The notes below the pieces were generated by a model. It was given only the letters and a program-made list of their open reading frames with translations, ran no database searches and was not told where the DNA came from. Both the position numbers and the translations under genes were made by a program. A stretch of DNA of 64,000 bases from Bradymonadia bacterium (GTDB lineage: Bacteria > Myxococcota_A > Bradymonadia > UBA7976 > UBA1532), in NCBI GenBank assembly GCA_046290225.1, contig JBKAGE010000034.1:320001-384000 (forward strand), given 5' to 3'. This document shows positions 9,403 to 19,558 of this stretch, piece by piece. The first letter of the stretch is position 1; every line of letters begins with the position of its first letter.

Positions 9403-11475
9403 TCAGTCTTTTTCGGCGTACTTCTTCTTCAGCTCTTCGGCGATCTCGTTGGGCACCTTGTCGTACTTCGAGAACTCCATGCTGAACTCGGCCTTGCCCT
9501 GGGTGCTGGACCGCAGGTCGGTGGAGTAGCCGAACATCTCGGCGAGGGGCACCTCGGCCTCGATGCGGGTGAAGCCCTCTTCTTCGGTGGTGCCGATGAT
9601 CTGGCCACGACGCTGCATGAGGGTACGGATGATGCCGCCCTGGAACTCAGCGGGACCCTCGACCTCCACCTTCATCACCGGCTCCATGATGGCGGGCTTG
9701 GCGCGGAAGTAGGCGTCGCGGAAGGCGCCACGGGCGGCTTCCTGGAAGGCGATGTCGCTGGAGTCGACGGGGTGGCTGGCGCCGTCGTTGATGTGAGCCT
9801 TCAGGTTCACCACGGGGAACCCGATCATCCGGCCCTTGGCGAGCATGGACTTGAAGCCCTTGTCGCAGCTGGTGATGTAATCCTTGGGGATCACACCACC
9901 CACGATCTTGTCCTCGAAGATGTAGTCACCCTCGAGGTAAGGCTCGATGTAGCCACCCACGCGGCCGTACTGACCGGAACCACCGGTCTGCTTCTTGTGG
10001 GTGTAGTTGAACTCGGCCTTCTGGGTGATGGTCTCGCGGTAGGCCACCTGGGGGGCACCGGTCTCGAGCTCCACCTTGTACTCGCGACGCATGCGCTCGA
10101 TGTACACTTCGAGGTGCAGCTCGCCCATGCCGCAGATGATGGTCTCACCGGACTCGCCGTCAACGTAAGTGCGGAAGGTCGGATCCTCACGGGTGAACCG
10201 GTGAAGGGCCTTCGACATGTTGATCTGCGACTTGTTGTCGGTGGGCTTGATCATCAGACGGATGACCGGCTCGGGGATGTGCATGGAGCTCATCGCCACG
10301 TTCAGGTTGCCGTCGGTGAAGGTGTCACCCGAAGCGCAGTCGATGCCGAACAGGGCGCAGATGTCGCCGCTGCCGGTATCCTCGATGTCTTCCATGTCGT
10401 CGGAGTGCATGCGCACGAGACGACCCACCTTCACCTTCTTGCCGGTGCGGGTGTTGGTGATGAAGTCACCCTTCTTCAGGGTGCCCTGGTACAGCCGGAT
10501 GTAGGTCAGCTGGCCGTAGCGATCATCGGTGAGCTTGAAAGCCAGCGCGATGAGGGGCTCGTCGAAGCTGTAGCCGAGATCGAGGGAGGCCTCGTCGTTG
10601 TCGAGATCCACGGCGGTGTTCTTCACGTCGCGGGGCTCGGGGAGGTAGGTGTCGACGGCGTCGAGGAGCTTCTGCACGCCCTTGTTCTTGTAGGCGCTGC
10701 CCATGAACACGGGGCAGAGCTGAAGGCTCAGCACACCCTTGCGCACGGCGTTGTGGATCAGCTCTTCGGTGACGTTCTCCTCGAGCATGGCCTCCATGAG
10801 GTCGTCGTCGACCATGGACACCTTGTCGAGCATGATCTCCCGGTACTCTTCGGCCTGCTCCTGGAGCTCGGCGGGGATGTCCTGCTCGGTGACCTCCATG
10901 CCGTTGGGGCCCTCGAAGGTGTAGGCCTTCATCTTCACGAGGTCGACGACACCCTTGTGGTCATCTTCGAGACCATAGGGGATCTGCATCATCACCGCGT
11001 TGAGCTTGAGCTTGTCGCGGAGCTGCTCGGTGACCTTGAAGGGGTTCGCGCCGGAGCGGTCGCACTTGTTGACGAAGGCGACGCGGGGCACGTTGTAGCG
11101 GCGCATCTGACGGTCGACGGTGATGGACTGGCTCTGCACACCGGCGACGGAGCACAGCACCAGGATGGCGCCGTCGAGCACGCGCAGGGCACGCTCCACC
11201 TCGATGGTGAAGTCAACGTGTCCGGGGGTGTCGATGATGTTGATCTGCTTGTCTTTCCACGTGCAGTACGTGGCAGCAGACTGGATGGTGATGCCGCGCT
11301 CTTTTTCGAGCTCCATCGAGTCCATCTTGGCGCCCACACCGTCCTTGCCGCGCACATCGTGGATGGCGTGGATCCGGGCGGTGTAGAACAGGATACGCTC
11401 GGTCAGGGTGGTTTTGCCTGAGTCGATGTGTGCGCTGATCCCGATGTTGCGCACTTTGGACAGATCGGTGAGCAT
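9403..11475 (-). CDS. fusA: Elongation factor G
   Basis: [54 protein letters not shown] at 11475. Confidence 0.98.
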   Translation of the reverse strand: MLTDLSKVRNIGISAHIDSGKTTLTERILFYTARIHAIHDVRGKDGVGAKMDSMELEKERGITIQSAATYCTWKDKQINIIDTPGHVDFTIEVERALRVLDGAILVLCSVAGVQSQSITVDRQMRRYNVPRVAFVNKCDRSGANPFKVTEQLRDKLKLNAVMMQIPYGLEDDHKGVVDLVKMKAYTFEGPNGMEVTEQDIPAELQEQAEEYREIMLDKVSMVDDDLMEAMLEENVTEELIHNAVRKGVLSLQLCPVFMGSAYKNKGVQKLLDAVDTYLPEPRDVKNTAVDLDNDEASLDLGYSFDEPLIALAFKLTDDRYGQLTYIRLYQGTLKKGDFITNTRTGKKVKVGRLVRMHSDDMEDIEDTGSGDICALFGIDCASGDTFTDGNLNVAMSSMHIPEPVIRLMIKPTDNKSQINMSKALHRFTREDPTFRTYVDGESGETIICGMGELHLEVYIERMRREYKVELETGAPQVAYRETITQKAEFNYTHKKQTGGSGQYGRVGGYIEPYLEGDYIFEDKIVGGVIPKDYITSCDKGFKSMLAKGRMIGFPVVNLKAHINDGASHPVDSSDIAFQEAARGAFRDAYFRAKPAIMEPVMKVEVEGPAEFQGGIIRTLMQRRGQIIGTTEEEGFTRIEAEVPLAEMFGYSTDLRSSTQGKAEFSMEFSKYDKVPNEIAEELKKKYAEKD

Positions 11476-11743
11476 GGCGCCGCTCCGTTCCCCTGGTTGG
11501 GCCCCTGGATGGGGTGTTGTGGACCCCCGACAGCCCAAGGGGCCGCGAAAGGTGCTGATGGAAATAGGATGCGCACTCTACGGATAAGGAACCGTATTTC
11601 AAGTTCTTTATGGCCACAGTCCCCTACCCCGCGGCCATTGTGCCCACATCTTGGGAGGTTGGGACCCAATCAGCCCCGCAGTCTGCGGGGCACCATCGAG
11701 GGTTCTGAGGGATCCGCGAGCGCAACAAGGGGGCGCTGAATCC

Positions 11744-12778
11744 ATGGCACGACGAGTTCGAGGAGGTCGCGGCGGCCGAGCAGGCGGTCGCGGGGCTGGC
11801 AGAGGGCCTGGCAGAGGCCGGGCGCCGGCTTTTGTGCCCATGTCCGAGACCCACGGGCGGGTGGTGGGCCGCCTGGGCCCGGTGATGTTCATCCGCGCCG
11901 ACGAAGACGACGCAGAGCACCCGTGTCAGGGCCGAGGACCCGGTAAGGCTGCCGTCGTCGGCGATCGCGTGGCCTACACCCCAGGCTCCGGTGTCGCGGG
12001 AGACTGGGGCGTGGTCACTGCAGTGGGTGAGCGCAGCTCGGTGCTGCAACGCAAAGATCCCATCCGCGATCACCCCCTCACGTTGGCGGCCAATGTCGAC
12101 GTTCTGGTGATCGTCTGCGCCATCGAACCGCCCTTGCGCACGGGGCTCATCGATCGATACCTCGTGGCGGCTCATCAGGCGGGCATCCAAGGCATGGTGG
12201 TGGTGAACAAATGCGATCTGGCCGGGCCGGATCACGAAGCCCATGACCTGGTGGCCCACTACCCTGGCCTTGATGTGCCGGTGTTCTCGGTGAGCGCTCA
12301 CTCCCGAGAAGGCGTGGAAGCCCTCGGGGCTGCACTCGACGGCCGACTCAGTATCTTCGTGGGCCACAGCGGTGTGGGGAAGACCAGCCTGCTCAACGTG
12401 TTGTGCCCGGGTCTTCAGGCCCGGGTGAACGCCCTGAGCGATGCCAGCGGCCGGGGGCAACACACCACCACGGCCTCTGCCCTCGTGCCCCTGCCCACGG
12501 GGGGCGAGATCATCGATACGCCTGGTGTGCGAGGGTTCGCCCTATGGGGTGTGAAGGGCGACACGCTCAAAGAGCACTTCCCCGAGTTCACCGAGCGGGC
12601 CGCCGCGTGCAAGTTCGCTGACTGCAACCACCTGTCCGAGCCCGGCTGTGCGGTGCGGGCAGCCCTCGACGCCGGCGAGATTCATCCGCTGCGCTATAGA
12701 TCATATCGACGCATCCTCGAATCCCTCGATGCCCCCTTCCATGGCATGGGATCGGTGAACCACGAGGACGATCTGTGA
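11744..12778 (+). CDS. rsgA: Ribosome small subunit-dependent GTPase RsgA
   Basis: NKCD, GHSGVGKTS, GQHTTT, DTPG, CKFADCNHLSEPGC zinc finger. Confidence 0.93.
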   Translation: MARRVRGGRGGRAGGRGAGRGPGRGRAPAFVPMSETHGRVVGRLGPVMFIRADEDDAEHPCQGRGPGKAAVVGDRVAYTPGSGVAGDWGVVTAVGERSSVLQRKDPIRDHPLTLAANVDVLVIVCAIEPPLRTGLIDRYLVAAHQAGIQGMVVVNKCDLAGPDHEAHDLVAHYPGLDVPVFSVSAHSREGVEALGAALDGRLSIFVGHSGVGKTSLLNVLCPGLQARVNALSDASGRGQHTTTASALVPLPTGGEIIDTPGVRGFALWGVKGDTLKEHFPEFTERAAACKFADCNHLSEPGCAVRAALDAGEIHPLRYRSYRRILESLDAPFHGMGSVNHEDDL

Positions 12779-13569
12779 AGATCACCCCGGGGCCCGACGA
12801 GACCCTCGATCGCCTCAGCGCCACCCTCCAAATTCTACAGCGCCGCAAAGGGCACCGCGCTACGTCGGACGACGTAATCCTCGCGGCTCTGGCCACAGAG
12901 GCGGCGCCGCAGGCCCGAAACATCCTCGATCTGGGTACAGGCAAGGCGACAGTGGCCATGATGATGGCCCGCCGACTGCCCCACAGCACTCTGGTGGGCG
13001 TCGAGGCGGAGCCAGTGAGCGCCGAGTTGGGGCAACGCAACACAGTCCTTAACGATTTGGGCCACCGTCTTTCGGTGGTCGCCGGGGACGTGCGAGACGC
13101 CGAGCTTCTGCAGAGCCTGCGCCCTCCAGCCGGTTTCGATTTGATTACGGGGGCCCCTCCCTTCATGCCCTTGGGCACAGGTGTTCTCCCTCAAGATCGT
13201 CAGAGAGCCACAGGGCGCTTTGAACTGAGAGGTGGGGTCGAGGCCTATGCCCATGCAGCGGCCCCTCTACTGGCCGAGAGCGGGCGGCTCGTCATTTTGA
13301 TGGATGGTCTGCAGGGCGAGCGGGCGATCCGGGCCTTTGCGGATGAGGGCCTCAGGGTGTCGCGCCAGATCGACATTTCACCCAGGCCCGGGCGGCCGCC
13401 GACCTATTCGGTCGTGTTCGGTGAGCGGGGTGTGTCGAAGGGTTCAGTCATCACCCAAGCCCCCATCACCCATTCTCACTGGGCCATGCGAAACGCTGAC
13501 GGGGATGGCTGGAGCGCACGCTACGGCGCCCTGCGGGCCGTCCTCGAACTCGACCCCGTGGCGCGCTGA
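12775..13569 (+). CDS. tRNA adenine-N6 methyltransferase-like (YfiC/TrmN6 family)
   Basis: ILQRRKGHRATSDDVILA, ILDLGTG, GAPPF. Confidence 0.75.
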   Translation: MKITPGPDETLDRLSATLQILQRRKGHRATSDDVILAALATEAAPQARNILDLGTGKATVAMMMARRLPHSTLVGVEAEPVSAELGQRNTVLNDLGHRLSVVAGDVRDAELLQSLRPPAGFDLITGAPPFMPLGTGVLPQDRQRATGRFELRGGVEAYAHAAAPLLAESGRLVILMDGLQGERAIRAFADEGLRVSRQIDISPRPGRPPTYSVVFGERGVSKGSVITQAPITHSHWAMRNADGDGWSARYGALRAVLELDPVAR

Positions 13570-16500
13570 GCGCTGGAGCCTCGAGCGCTCCGCCGAGACT
13601 TCTTCTGCCCCTTGCGGCGGCTCTTGAGGCTGATTACGGCCTCTTCTTCCATCAGACGGTTCATCTGACGGGCGAGATCCCGATGCTCAGCGTACCGATC
13701 GGCGCCGATACGCTCGCACGTGCGGGTCAATGTAAAGTCCACGGTGAACCCGGCCTTCGCAGATTTGACCTCTCTGGCCAGAGCGAGACAGTCGGTGCTC
13801 AGCGTCCGCGGCTCGGGCAGCTGCTCGAGAGCGAGCTCCTGGGGCAAGTCTACGGCGACGGACCACACCATGGTCTGAGGCGGACCCATGAGCACGGGGT
13901 GCTGGCGATCCGCGAGGGTGAACAGGCTCTGGGGTTGCCAGCCGATGGGGATCTTGAGTCGCAAGGTGTCGTCCTCGACCCGGGCCACAGCGGGGGCCTC
14001 GAATTTCAGCTTCACCTCTGCGGGGGCATCGAGACGCTTGAAGTCCACCACCTCGTGCCCCAGCAGGCGGCCGCCGGGGTACGCCACCCCGACCTGTTGC
14101 TGGAGCAGCTGCGAGAGCTTCTCGGGGTTGCGCCCCGCCTTGCGCAAGCGAGAGCCGATCCGGCCACGACCGGTGAGCACCATCTCGCCCTGAGCGTCTC
14201 CCTCGGCGCTGAGGGTGAACCGGGAGGCGATGCGCGTGTGATCCACCTTGGGGCTCTGGAACGGAATCTGCCGCCAGCTGTGCACGTGACTGTACGGGTC
14301 GAAGACCAGTGACCAGGTGCCCTGGTCGTCATGGCGGAGCACCTCGACGTCGAGGGCGTCGACGGTGGGATCGTAGAAACGACCCTGCTCGATGCCCTCT
14401 TGAGCGGGCAGGTAGACGATGGCGTGGTTGAACTGCTGCATGGGCACGGTGCGCCTCACCGGCCCGGCGTCTCGAGTGCGTACCAGGGCAAAATGAGCCT
14501 TGATGCCGGCGAGCCGCGCGAGGGTGATGAAGAGGACCGCCTTGTCTTTGCAGTCGCCGTAGCGTCGGGCTACCACCATGGGCGCGGCGTGGGGCTTCAC
14601 ACCGGCGATGTGACCTTCGTAGTCCTGCTGATACCTGATCTCGGTCATGATCCAGGCCTGCAGGCGCTCCACCTTCTCCTGAGGGGTGCTGGCACCCTCG
14701 AAGACGGTCTTCGCCAGGGCCACGAGCTCGGGCGTCTCCCGGAACGCGTCCGTGAGCAGCGCCTCCTCCCACTTCCAGAAGGTGTCCCAGTCAGGGACCG
14801 TGCTCACCACGACGTGGGCGGCGACCTCGTGGAGTGTGGGCATGCCGGGCTCGGCGATGATGGGGGCCATGTTCTTGGCGGCCCACTCCACGCGGACCTG
14901 GCCATCGCGTTGCTCTTCTCGGCGAAAGACTGTGCCGATCTTGCTTTCGAGGAAGGTGGTGTCCTCAGGCGCCCACAGCACCCACCGGCCCAACCGGGTC
15001 TGCAGGTTGGGCAGCTGGAACCACCACTGCCGCGCGAGGTGGTTGGCGAGGTAGCCGTCGGGGCGAGCGTCGAGGCGGTACTGCAGCACGACCGTGGTGC
15101 CCACAGACAGCTGTCGGAAGCGTACGGTTCGCCCGCGGATGCTGCTGGCCTCGATCCGGCTGCCATCGGGGCCTACGGCGAAGGCATGGAAGATGCGGGT
15201 CCGCCCGCCACCCCGCAGCCGCAGCTTGGTGAGCCGGTCACGCCCCGCCTCGTTCACGGCGTGGGCCACGGTGGTGATGACGTTGATGGTGCTGCCGTCG
15301 GACTTCAGCTCAGTGACTTCGTCGTCGAGCAGGTAGATCACGTCAGCGCTCGACGCGGGCTTCACCTCGGCCCGGGCCATGATGGCCTCGATGAGGGCTT
15401 TCTCGTCGGGTACGTCGTCGGCCCACGGCCCCTGCTGCTCAGGGGCGAGCCAGGCGAGGCGGTTGGCGAGCTTTTCGTCCTCGGGCGCTCGGGTGAGGGC
15501 CGCCTTCCAATGGGCCACGGCCTCTTCGGTCTGGCCCCGCTGCTGCGCGAGGGCCCCGAGCCGGCGGTACACGTCAGGGTGATCAGGATCGATGGCCTTG
15601 AGGGCGTCGAGGGCCTTCAGGGCCCCCTGATGATCGCCCTGACGGCGGCGGGTCTCTGCGAGCCGGCGCCAGCTCTCGAGCCGCGCGGGCCATGCCCGGG
15701 TGAGCCGCTCGGCGTACTGAGCCGCTCGGGCGTAGTCGTCATTGCCCTGGGCGTGCCAGTGAAGCGCCTTGAGAGCGTTGAGGCTGTTGGGCAAGGCCTC
15801 GAGCACATCGCGATAGATGCCAGCAGCCCGCGGGTAGAGGCGCAAATCTTCATAGCAGTCGGCGAGATCGAGACGCACCAGCGGCCACCGTGGGTGCTGG
15901 CGATCGATCTCGCTGAGGAGGGCACAGCGCTCTTCGTGCCACTCTTCGGCACGGAAGATGTCCGCGAGGGCGATCCCCGCTGAAGGCCTCTCCGGGTGTG
16001 CTTTCACCACCTCGGAGAGGAGCGCACGGGCCTTCTCACCGAGCTTCTGCTGACTCCAGAACCGGGCCTGCTTGAGCTTGAGCAACAACAGCGCCCCGCC
16101 GGCTTCTTTGGCAAGGCCACTGATCATGTCCGAGGTGCGGCCCCGCTCGCTGTTGTCCCAGAGGGCAATGGCGAGCATGTATCGACCAGGCAAACTCTCG
16201 GGGTGGGCGGCGACGAAGCGCTCGGCGGCAGAGGCAGTACCCGCCCGGCTGCCCACGAGTCGGGCATATTCGAGCGCGAGGAAAGCCTTGCGGGCCGGGC
16301 CGCCCTGGATGGTGCTCACCCGCGCTTCGAGTCGGGACTCGGGGGTGTAGGGCGCCTTCACCACCCTCTGAGTGGAAGGCGTGGTGCTCAACTCGAGGCG
16401 CTTGAGGACACCAGCAGCAACGACGGCGCCCCCTGGGCCAGTCACTCGCAACCCGAGAGACCAGCTGCCAGTTTTCTGAGCGCTCTTGATCAGCACGCGG

Positions 16501-17510
16501 TGCGGGCCCGCAGTGAGGGTGACGGGCAGCACTACACCGTCGAACATCTGACGTTTGATCCGCTCGTCGCTGAAGACGAGCACATCGTCGACCCACACCT
16601 TCACCGGATCTCCGGTGCTCAAGCGCAGCTCATAGTCGCCGGCCTTGGACTCGAAGGCGGTGGCAGCATATGCGATGGACCACGTATTGGGGCTGAGCAG
16701 GCTGGTGAGATCGAGCTCGCCCCGCCAGTCGGTCTGAGGCTTCAAGCGCCAGCCCACCTGAACCACCTGCCCCGGGTAGCGGCCGTCGGTGTCCACCGAG
16801 CGCTCAGGCGGCAGCTCGGCGTCGAACCCCTTGCCCTGATCGTTGTTCCACGTGCCGACGAGGGCCAACGACGGACGCCAGCCCACAGCATCGTTCATCG
16901 ACTTACGGCCCTCATCGTCACCCCGCAGGTGCATGGATGCGGCGAGGGTGTAGGCGGCGAGGGCCCTGATCTCCGGGTTGGGGTGCTCGCGGCTCAATGT
17001 GTGGCACAGCGACTCCACCTGCGCCCGCTGATCCAGGCTCCAGGACAAAGCGCGCAGTCGATGCAGCAGCAGCCAGGCATCGTCAGCCCCAGGATCAGTC
17101 AGGGCGCTGATCAGATGATCGATCTCGTCCCCCTGGCGATCTTCGAACCGTGCGAGATCGGCAGCGAGGCTGTGATACAGCGCGCCGTTGGCGTCTGCAG
17201 CGCGGGCAGCTTCCACAGCGGCCCGCATCTGCTCGGGGCCCTTCGCCGTGTAGTACGCCTCCGCGGCCTCGACAGCCGCAGGCGACATGCTGGATGCTGA
17301 CTTCATGGGGGTGGGCTTGAGGGCGGCTCCGCCACACCCCGAGAGCATGAGTGGGGCGGTGAGCAGCGCCAGAAGCACGCCCTTCGCAGGGCGGCGGGTT
17401 CGCGCTGGGTGATGTTGGGATCGGCGCACGTGCGTGTCGTCCTCTTTGGGCCAGTCTTCGTTCTCGGCTCGGTGTCCGGTGCGAGAGCAGTATGCGCAAT
17501 GCTGCGACAC
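13521..17510 (-). CDS. TPR + DUF3857 + transglutaminase-like lipoprotein
   Basis: Lipobox LSGC, TPR-like helices, YGDCKDKA (Cys), FNHAIVY (His), FYDPT (Asp); true start uncertain. Confidence 0.8.
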   Translation of the reverse strand: MSQHCAYCSRTGHRAENEDWPKEDDTHVRRSQHHPARTRRPAKGVLLALLTAPLMLSGCGGAALKPTPMKSASSMSPAAVEAAEAYYTAKGPEQMRAAVEAARAADANGALYHSLAADLARFEDRQGDEIDHLISALTDPGADDAWLLLHRLRALSWSLDQRAQVESLCHTLSREHPNPEIRALAAYTLAASMHLRGDDEGRKSMNDAVGWRPSLALVGTWNNDQGKGFDAELPPERSVDTDGRYPGQVVQVGWRLKPQTDWRGELDLTSLLSPNTWSIAYAATAFESKAGDYELRLSTGDPVKVWVDDVLVFSDERIKRQMFDGVVLPVTLTAGPHRVLIKSAQKTGSWSLGLRVTGPGGAVVAAGVLKRLELSTTPSTQRVVKAPYTPESRLEARVSTIQGGPARKAFLALEYARLVGSRAGTASAAERFVAAHPESLPGRYMLAIALWDNSERGRTSDMISGLAKEAGGALLLLKLKQARFWSQQKLGEKARALLSEVVKAHPERPSAGIALADIFRAEEWHEERCALLSEIDRQHPRWPLVRLDLADCYEDLRLYPRAAGIYRDVLEALPNSLNALKALHWHAQGNDDYARAAQYAERLTRAWPARLESWRRLAETRRRQGDHQGALKALDALKAIDPDHPDVYRRLGALAQQRGQTEEAVAHWKAALTRAPEDEKLANRLAWLAPEQQGPWADDVPDEKALIEAIMARAEVKPASSADVIYLLDDEVTELKSDGSTINVITTVAHAVNEAGRDRLTKLRLRGGGRTRIFHAFAVGPDGSRIEASSIRGRTVRFRQLSVGTTVVLQYRLDARPDGYLANHLARQWWFQLPNLQTRLGRWVLWAPEDTTFLESKIGTVFRREEQRDGQVRVEWAAKNMAPIIAEPGMPTLHEVAAHVVVSTVPDWDTFWKWEEALLTDAFRETPELVALAKTVFEGASTPQEKVERLQAWIMTEIRYQQDYEGHIAGVKPHAAPMVVARRYGDCKDKAVLFITLARLAGIKAHFALVRTRDAGPVRRTVPMQQFNHAIVYLPAQEGIEQGRFYDPTVDALDVEVLRHDDQGTWSLVFDPYSHVHSWRQIPFQSPKVDHTRIASRFTLSAEGDAQGEMVLTGRGRIGSRLRKAGRNPEKLSQLLQQQVGVAYPGGRLLGHEVVDFKRLDAPAEVKLKFEAPAVARVEDDTLRLKIPIGWQPQSLFTLADRQHPVLMGPPQTMVWSVAVDLPQELALEQLPEPRTLSTDCLALAREVKSAKAGFTVDFTLTRTCERIGADRYAEHRDLARQMNRLMEEEAVISLKSRRKGQKKSRRSARGSSAQRATGSSSRTARRAP

Positions 17511-17657
17511 TGCTCTATCTTCTGGCGATGAACGCCAGCGCCTCGAGGGTTCTTCCCCGAGATGTCATCGGATGCTGATTTGCGGCAGATCGGTCACTCG
17601 ACCGATCGCGCTCCGCTGATCACACCCGGCCCCCACGTGCCGAGCAGCAGGGGCACC

Positions 17658-18299
17658 TCATTGTACGGCAAAATTAAACGGATACGTGACCACGGCCACC
17701 CCACCCTCGGGGGGTGGGAACCGCCAGCCCTTGGCGGCGGTCTTGAGGCATTTGGAGACGCTCTTTTTGGGGAGGGTGTCCTTGAGGACCGCGACGCCCG
17801 TCGGCTGACCGTTGCTGCCCAGGGTCCACTGGAGCACCACACGACCGCCGGCATCAGACCCCCCTGCGGAGGCATTGTAGCAGCGCTCCACATCACCCAT
17901 GTGGGCTCTGATCGTGCGCAGCACGGTCCGTTGACCGAGGCGTTGGGGGCGCGGTTTCGCTGCAGGTGCGGCCACCGAAGCGGCCACTTGATCACCTCGG
18001 GGCCTGGCCTTCCGGCGCCGTGACTTTGCCTTGCGGGGCTTTGCTGGAGAGGCCTCCTCGATCTGGATCAACCCCAGCTCGATGCCGGCGTCGGGGACTT
18101 CGGCCACCTCGACGATGGCCGCCTGGGCTTCGATGACGAATTCGGGCTCTTCGAGGGCGGGCTCCGGCGCAGGCTCTTGAGGCGCAGGCGCCACCTTCGA
18201 TGAAGCGGGCTCACTCTCTCCGCCCTTGCCACAGCCCGAGGCGATCATGAGCCCGAACAGAGACCATGCCACCACGGCACTCTTCCAGCGCCCTCTCAT
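17658..18299 (-). CDS. Lipoprotein with AgmX/PglI (TonB-C-like) C-terminal domain
   Basis: Lipobox ASGC; C-terminal DVERCY...GRVVLQWTL...CL...WRFPPPEGG...VTYPFNF. Confidence 0.75.
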   Translation of the reverse strand: MRGRWKSAVVAWSLFGLMIASGCGKGGESEPASSKVAPAPQEPAPEPALEEPEFVIEAQAAIVEVAEVPDAGIELGLIQIEEASPAKPRKAKSRRRKARPRGDQVAASVAAPAAKPRPQRLGQRTVLRTIRAHMGDVERCYNASAGGSDAGGRVVLQWTLGSNGQPTGVAVLKDTLPKKSVSKCLKTAAKGWRFPPPEGGVAVVTYPFNFAVQ

Positions 18300-18301
18300 C
18301 C

Positions 18302-19477
18302 TCACTCCTCTGACCAGCGAAAGGCCCGCCCCTGGGGGTGGCGGGCGATGTAATAGTCGAGCACCGTGCTCATGAACGGATCAGCGCCTCCGCTCAAACA
18401 CGCCTCGACGAGGGTTTGGGTCACCCGGGGGCCGTTCGGATCGATGAAGGCAGGCCCCACCTTGAACCCGGGCCACGGGCTCTCTGCAGATCCGTCGAGG
18501 TCTTCGTCAGGCACGAGCCGCGCGTAGGGGGCGGTTCTGAACCAGGGCACCGCCCCTCGGCCCACAAGACCCACGAGGGCAGGCTCTCGAGGGCTGGGAT
18601 CGCCATCAGGCACGAAGCCCAGGGCAAAATGGAGCAGTTTGGCCCCTCGATCGCGCCAGGGCATCTCCAGGGCCACCGACTCGTCGGTGCCGTTGACCAC
18701 CGCGCTCACCATGAGCACCCGGGTCCCAGGCACGGGGCGAGGCTCCACGGGCAGCTCGAGCAATTGGGCCAGTGTCTCGGCCAGGGGCCCGTGATGCGGA
18801 CCGGATCCGGCAACACAGTCGAACTGCCACCGGCGCAGACCGATGAGCCGTGTCAGACGACCCACGGTGACCGCCACGTGGCGAGGGGTCAGCAACATAT
18901 ATCGGCTGTGGGCGAGAGGTTGCCCCCCGTCGCCGAGAGTGCCGAGGATGACCGTACTGCCGAAGAGATAGCGGATGGCGCGGAGATCGTCGTTGGAGTC
19001 GCCGAGATCGTCTGGTGCGAGCTGCCCGGGATATTCCCGATACCGGGGGAGCGCGTCGAGGAGCACCTCGGTGCCGTCGACTTCGCGCAGCCTTACCTCG
19101 GCCTCGTCGTACCGGCCGAGGGCGATGAGCATGCGGGCTGCGTTGATGTAGACCTCGGCGTTGTCGAGGCCCTCTGCGATGAGAGACTCGTAGTCCGAGA
19201 GCGCCGCTCGAAAGTGCCGGAGTCGGCCCCTGACATAGGCACGCCACTCGGTGGCTTCAGGGTCAAAACCGAATTTCAACCCCTCGTCGAGGGCCTTGAG
19301 CGCATGGTCGAGGCGCCCGTGCATCGCTTCGAGGCGCCCGAGGGCGACAAAGGGCTCAGGGGTGTCCGGGCCAATGTGGCATGCCTGGCGATAGCACTGA
19401 ATCGCAGCCTCGTCTCGAGACTGCAGTTCGAACTGGCGACCGCGTTCGAAGTGCTTTTGGGCCAGGAGGCTCTTCAC
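18302..19477 (-). CDS. TPR-containing protein
   Basis: N-terminal TPR consensus repeats; C-terminal alpha/beta domain of unclear function. Confidence 0.65.
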   Translation of the reverse strand: MKSLLAQKHFERGRQFELQSRDEAAIQCYRQACHIGPDTPEPFVALGRLEAMHGRLDHALKALDEGLKFGFDPEATEWRAYVRGRLRHFRAALSDYESLIAEGLDNAEVYINAARMLIALGRYDEAEVRLREVDGTEVLLDALPRYREYPGQLAPDDLGDSNDDLRAIRYLFGSTVILGTLGDGGQPLAHSRYMLLTPRHVAVTVGRLTRLIGLRRWQFDCVAGSGPHHGPLAETLAQLLELPVEPRPVPGTRVLMVSAVVNGTDESVALEMPWRDRGAKLLHFALGFVPDGDPSPREPALVGLVGRGAVPWFRTAPYARLVPDEDLDGSAESPWPGFKVGPAFIDPNGPRVTQTLVEACLSGGADPFMSTVLDYYIARHPQGRAFRWSEE

Positions 19478-19558
19478 AAATGCGATTCCACTGCGACGGG
19501 TGCACGGGCCTCGAAATCGACGCCTCTTCGACCAGTGTAAGCAGCACGCACTCGAGCA

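Noticed and set aside
9340..11421. 693-aa + strand ORF opposite fusA
   Set aside because: Antisense shadow ORF caused by high-GC codon bias.
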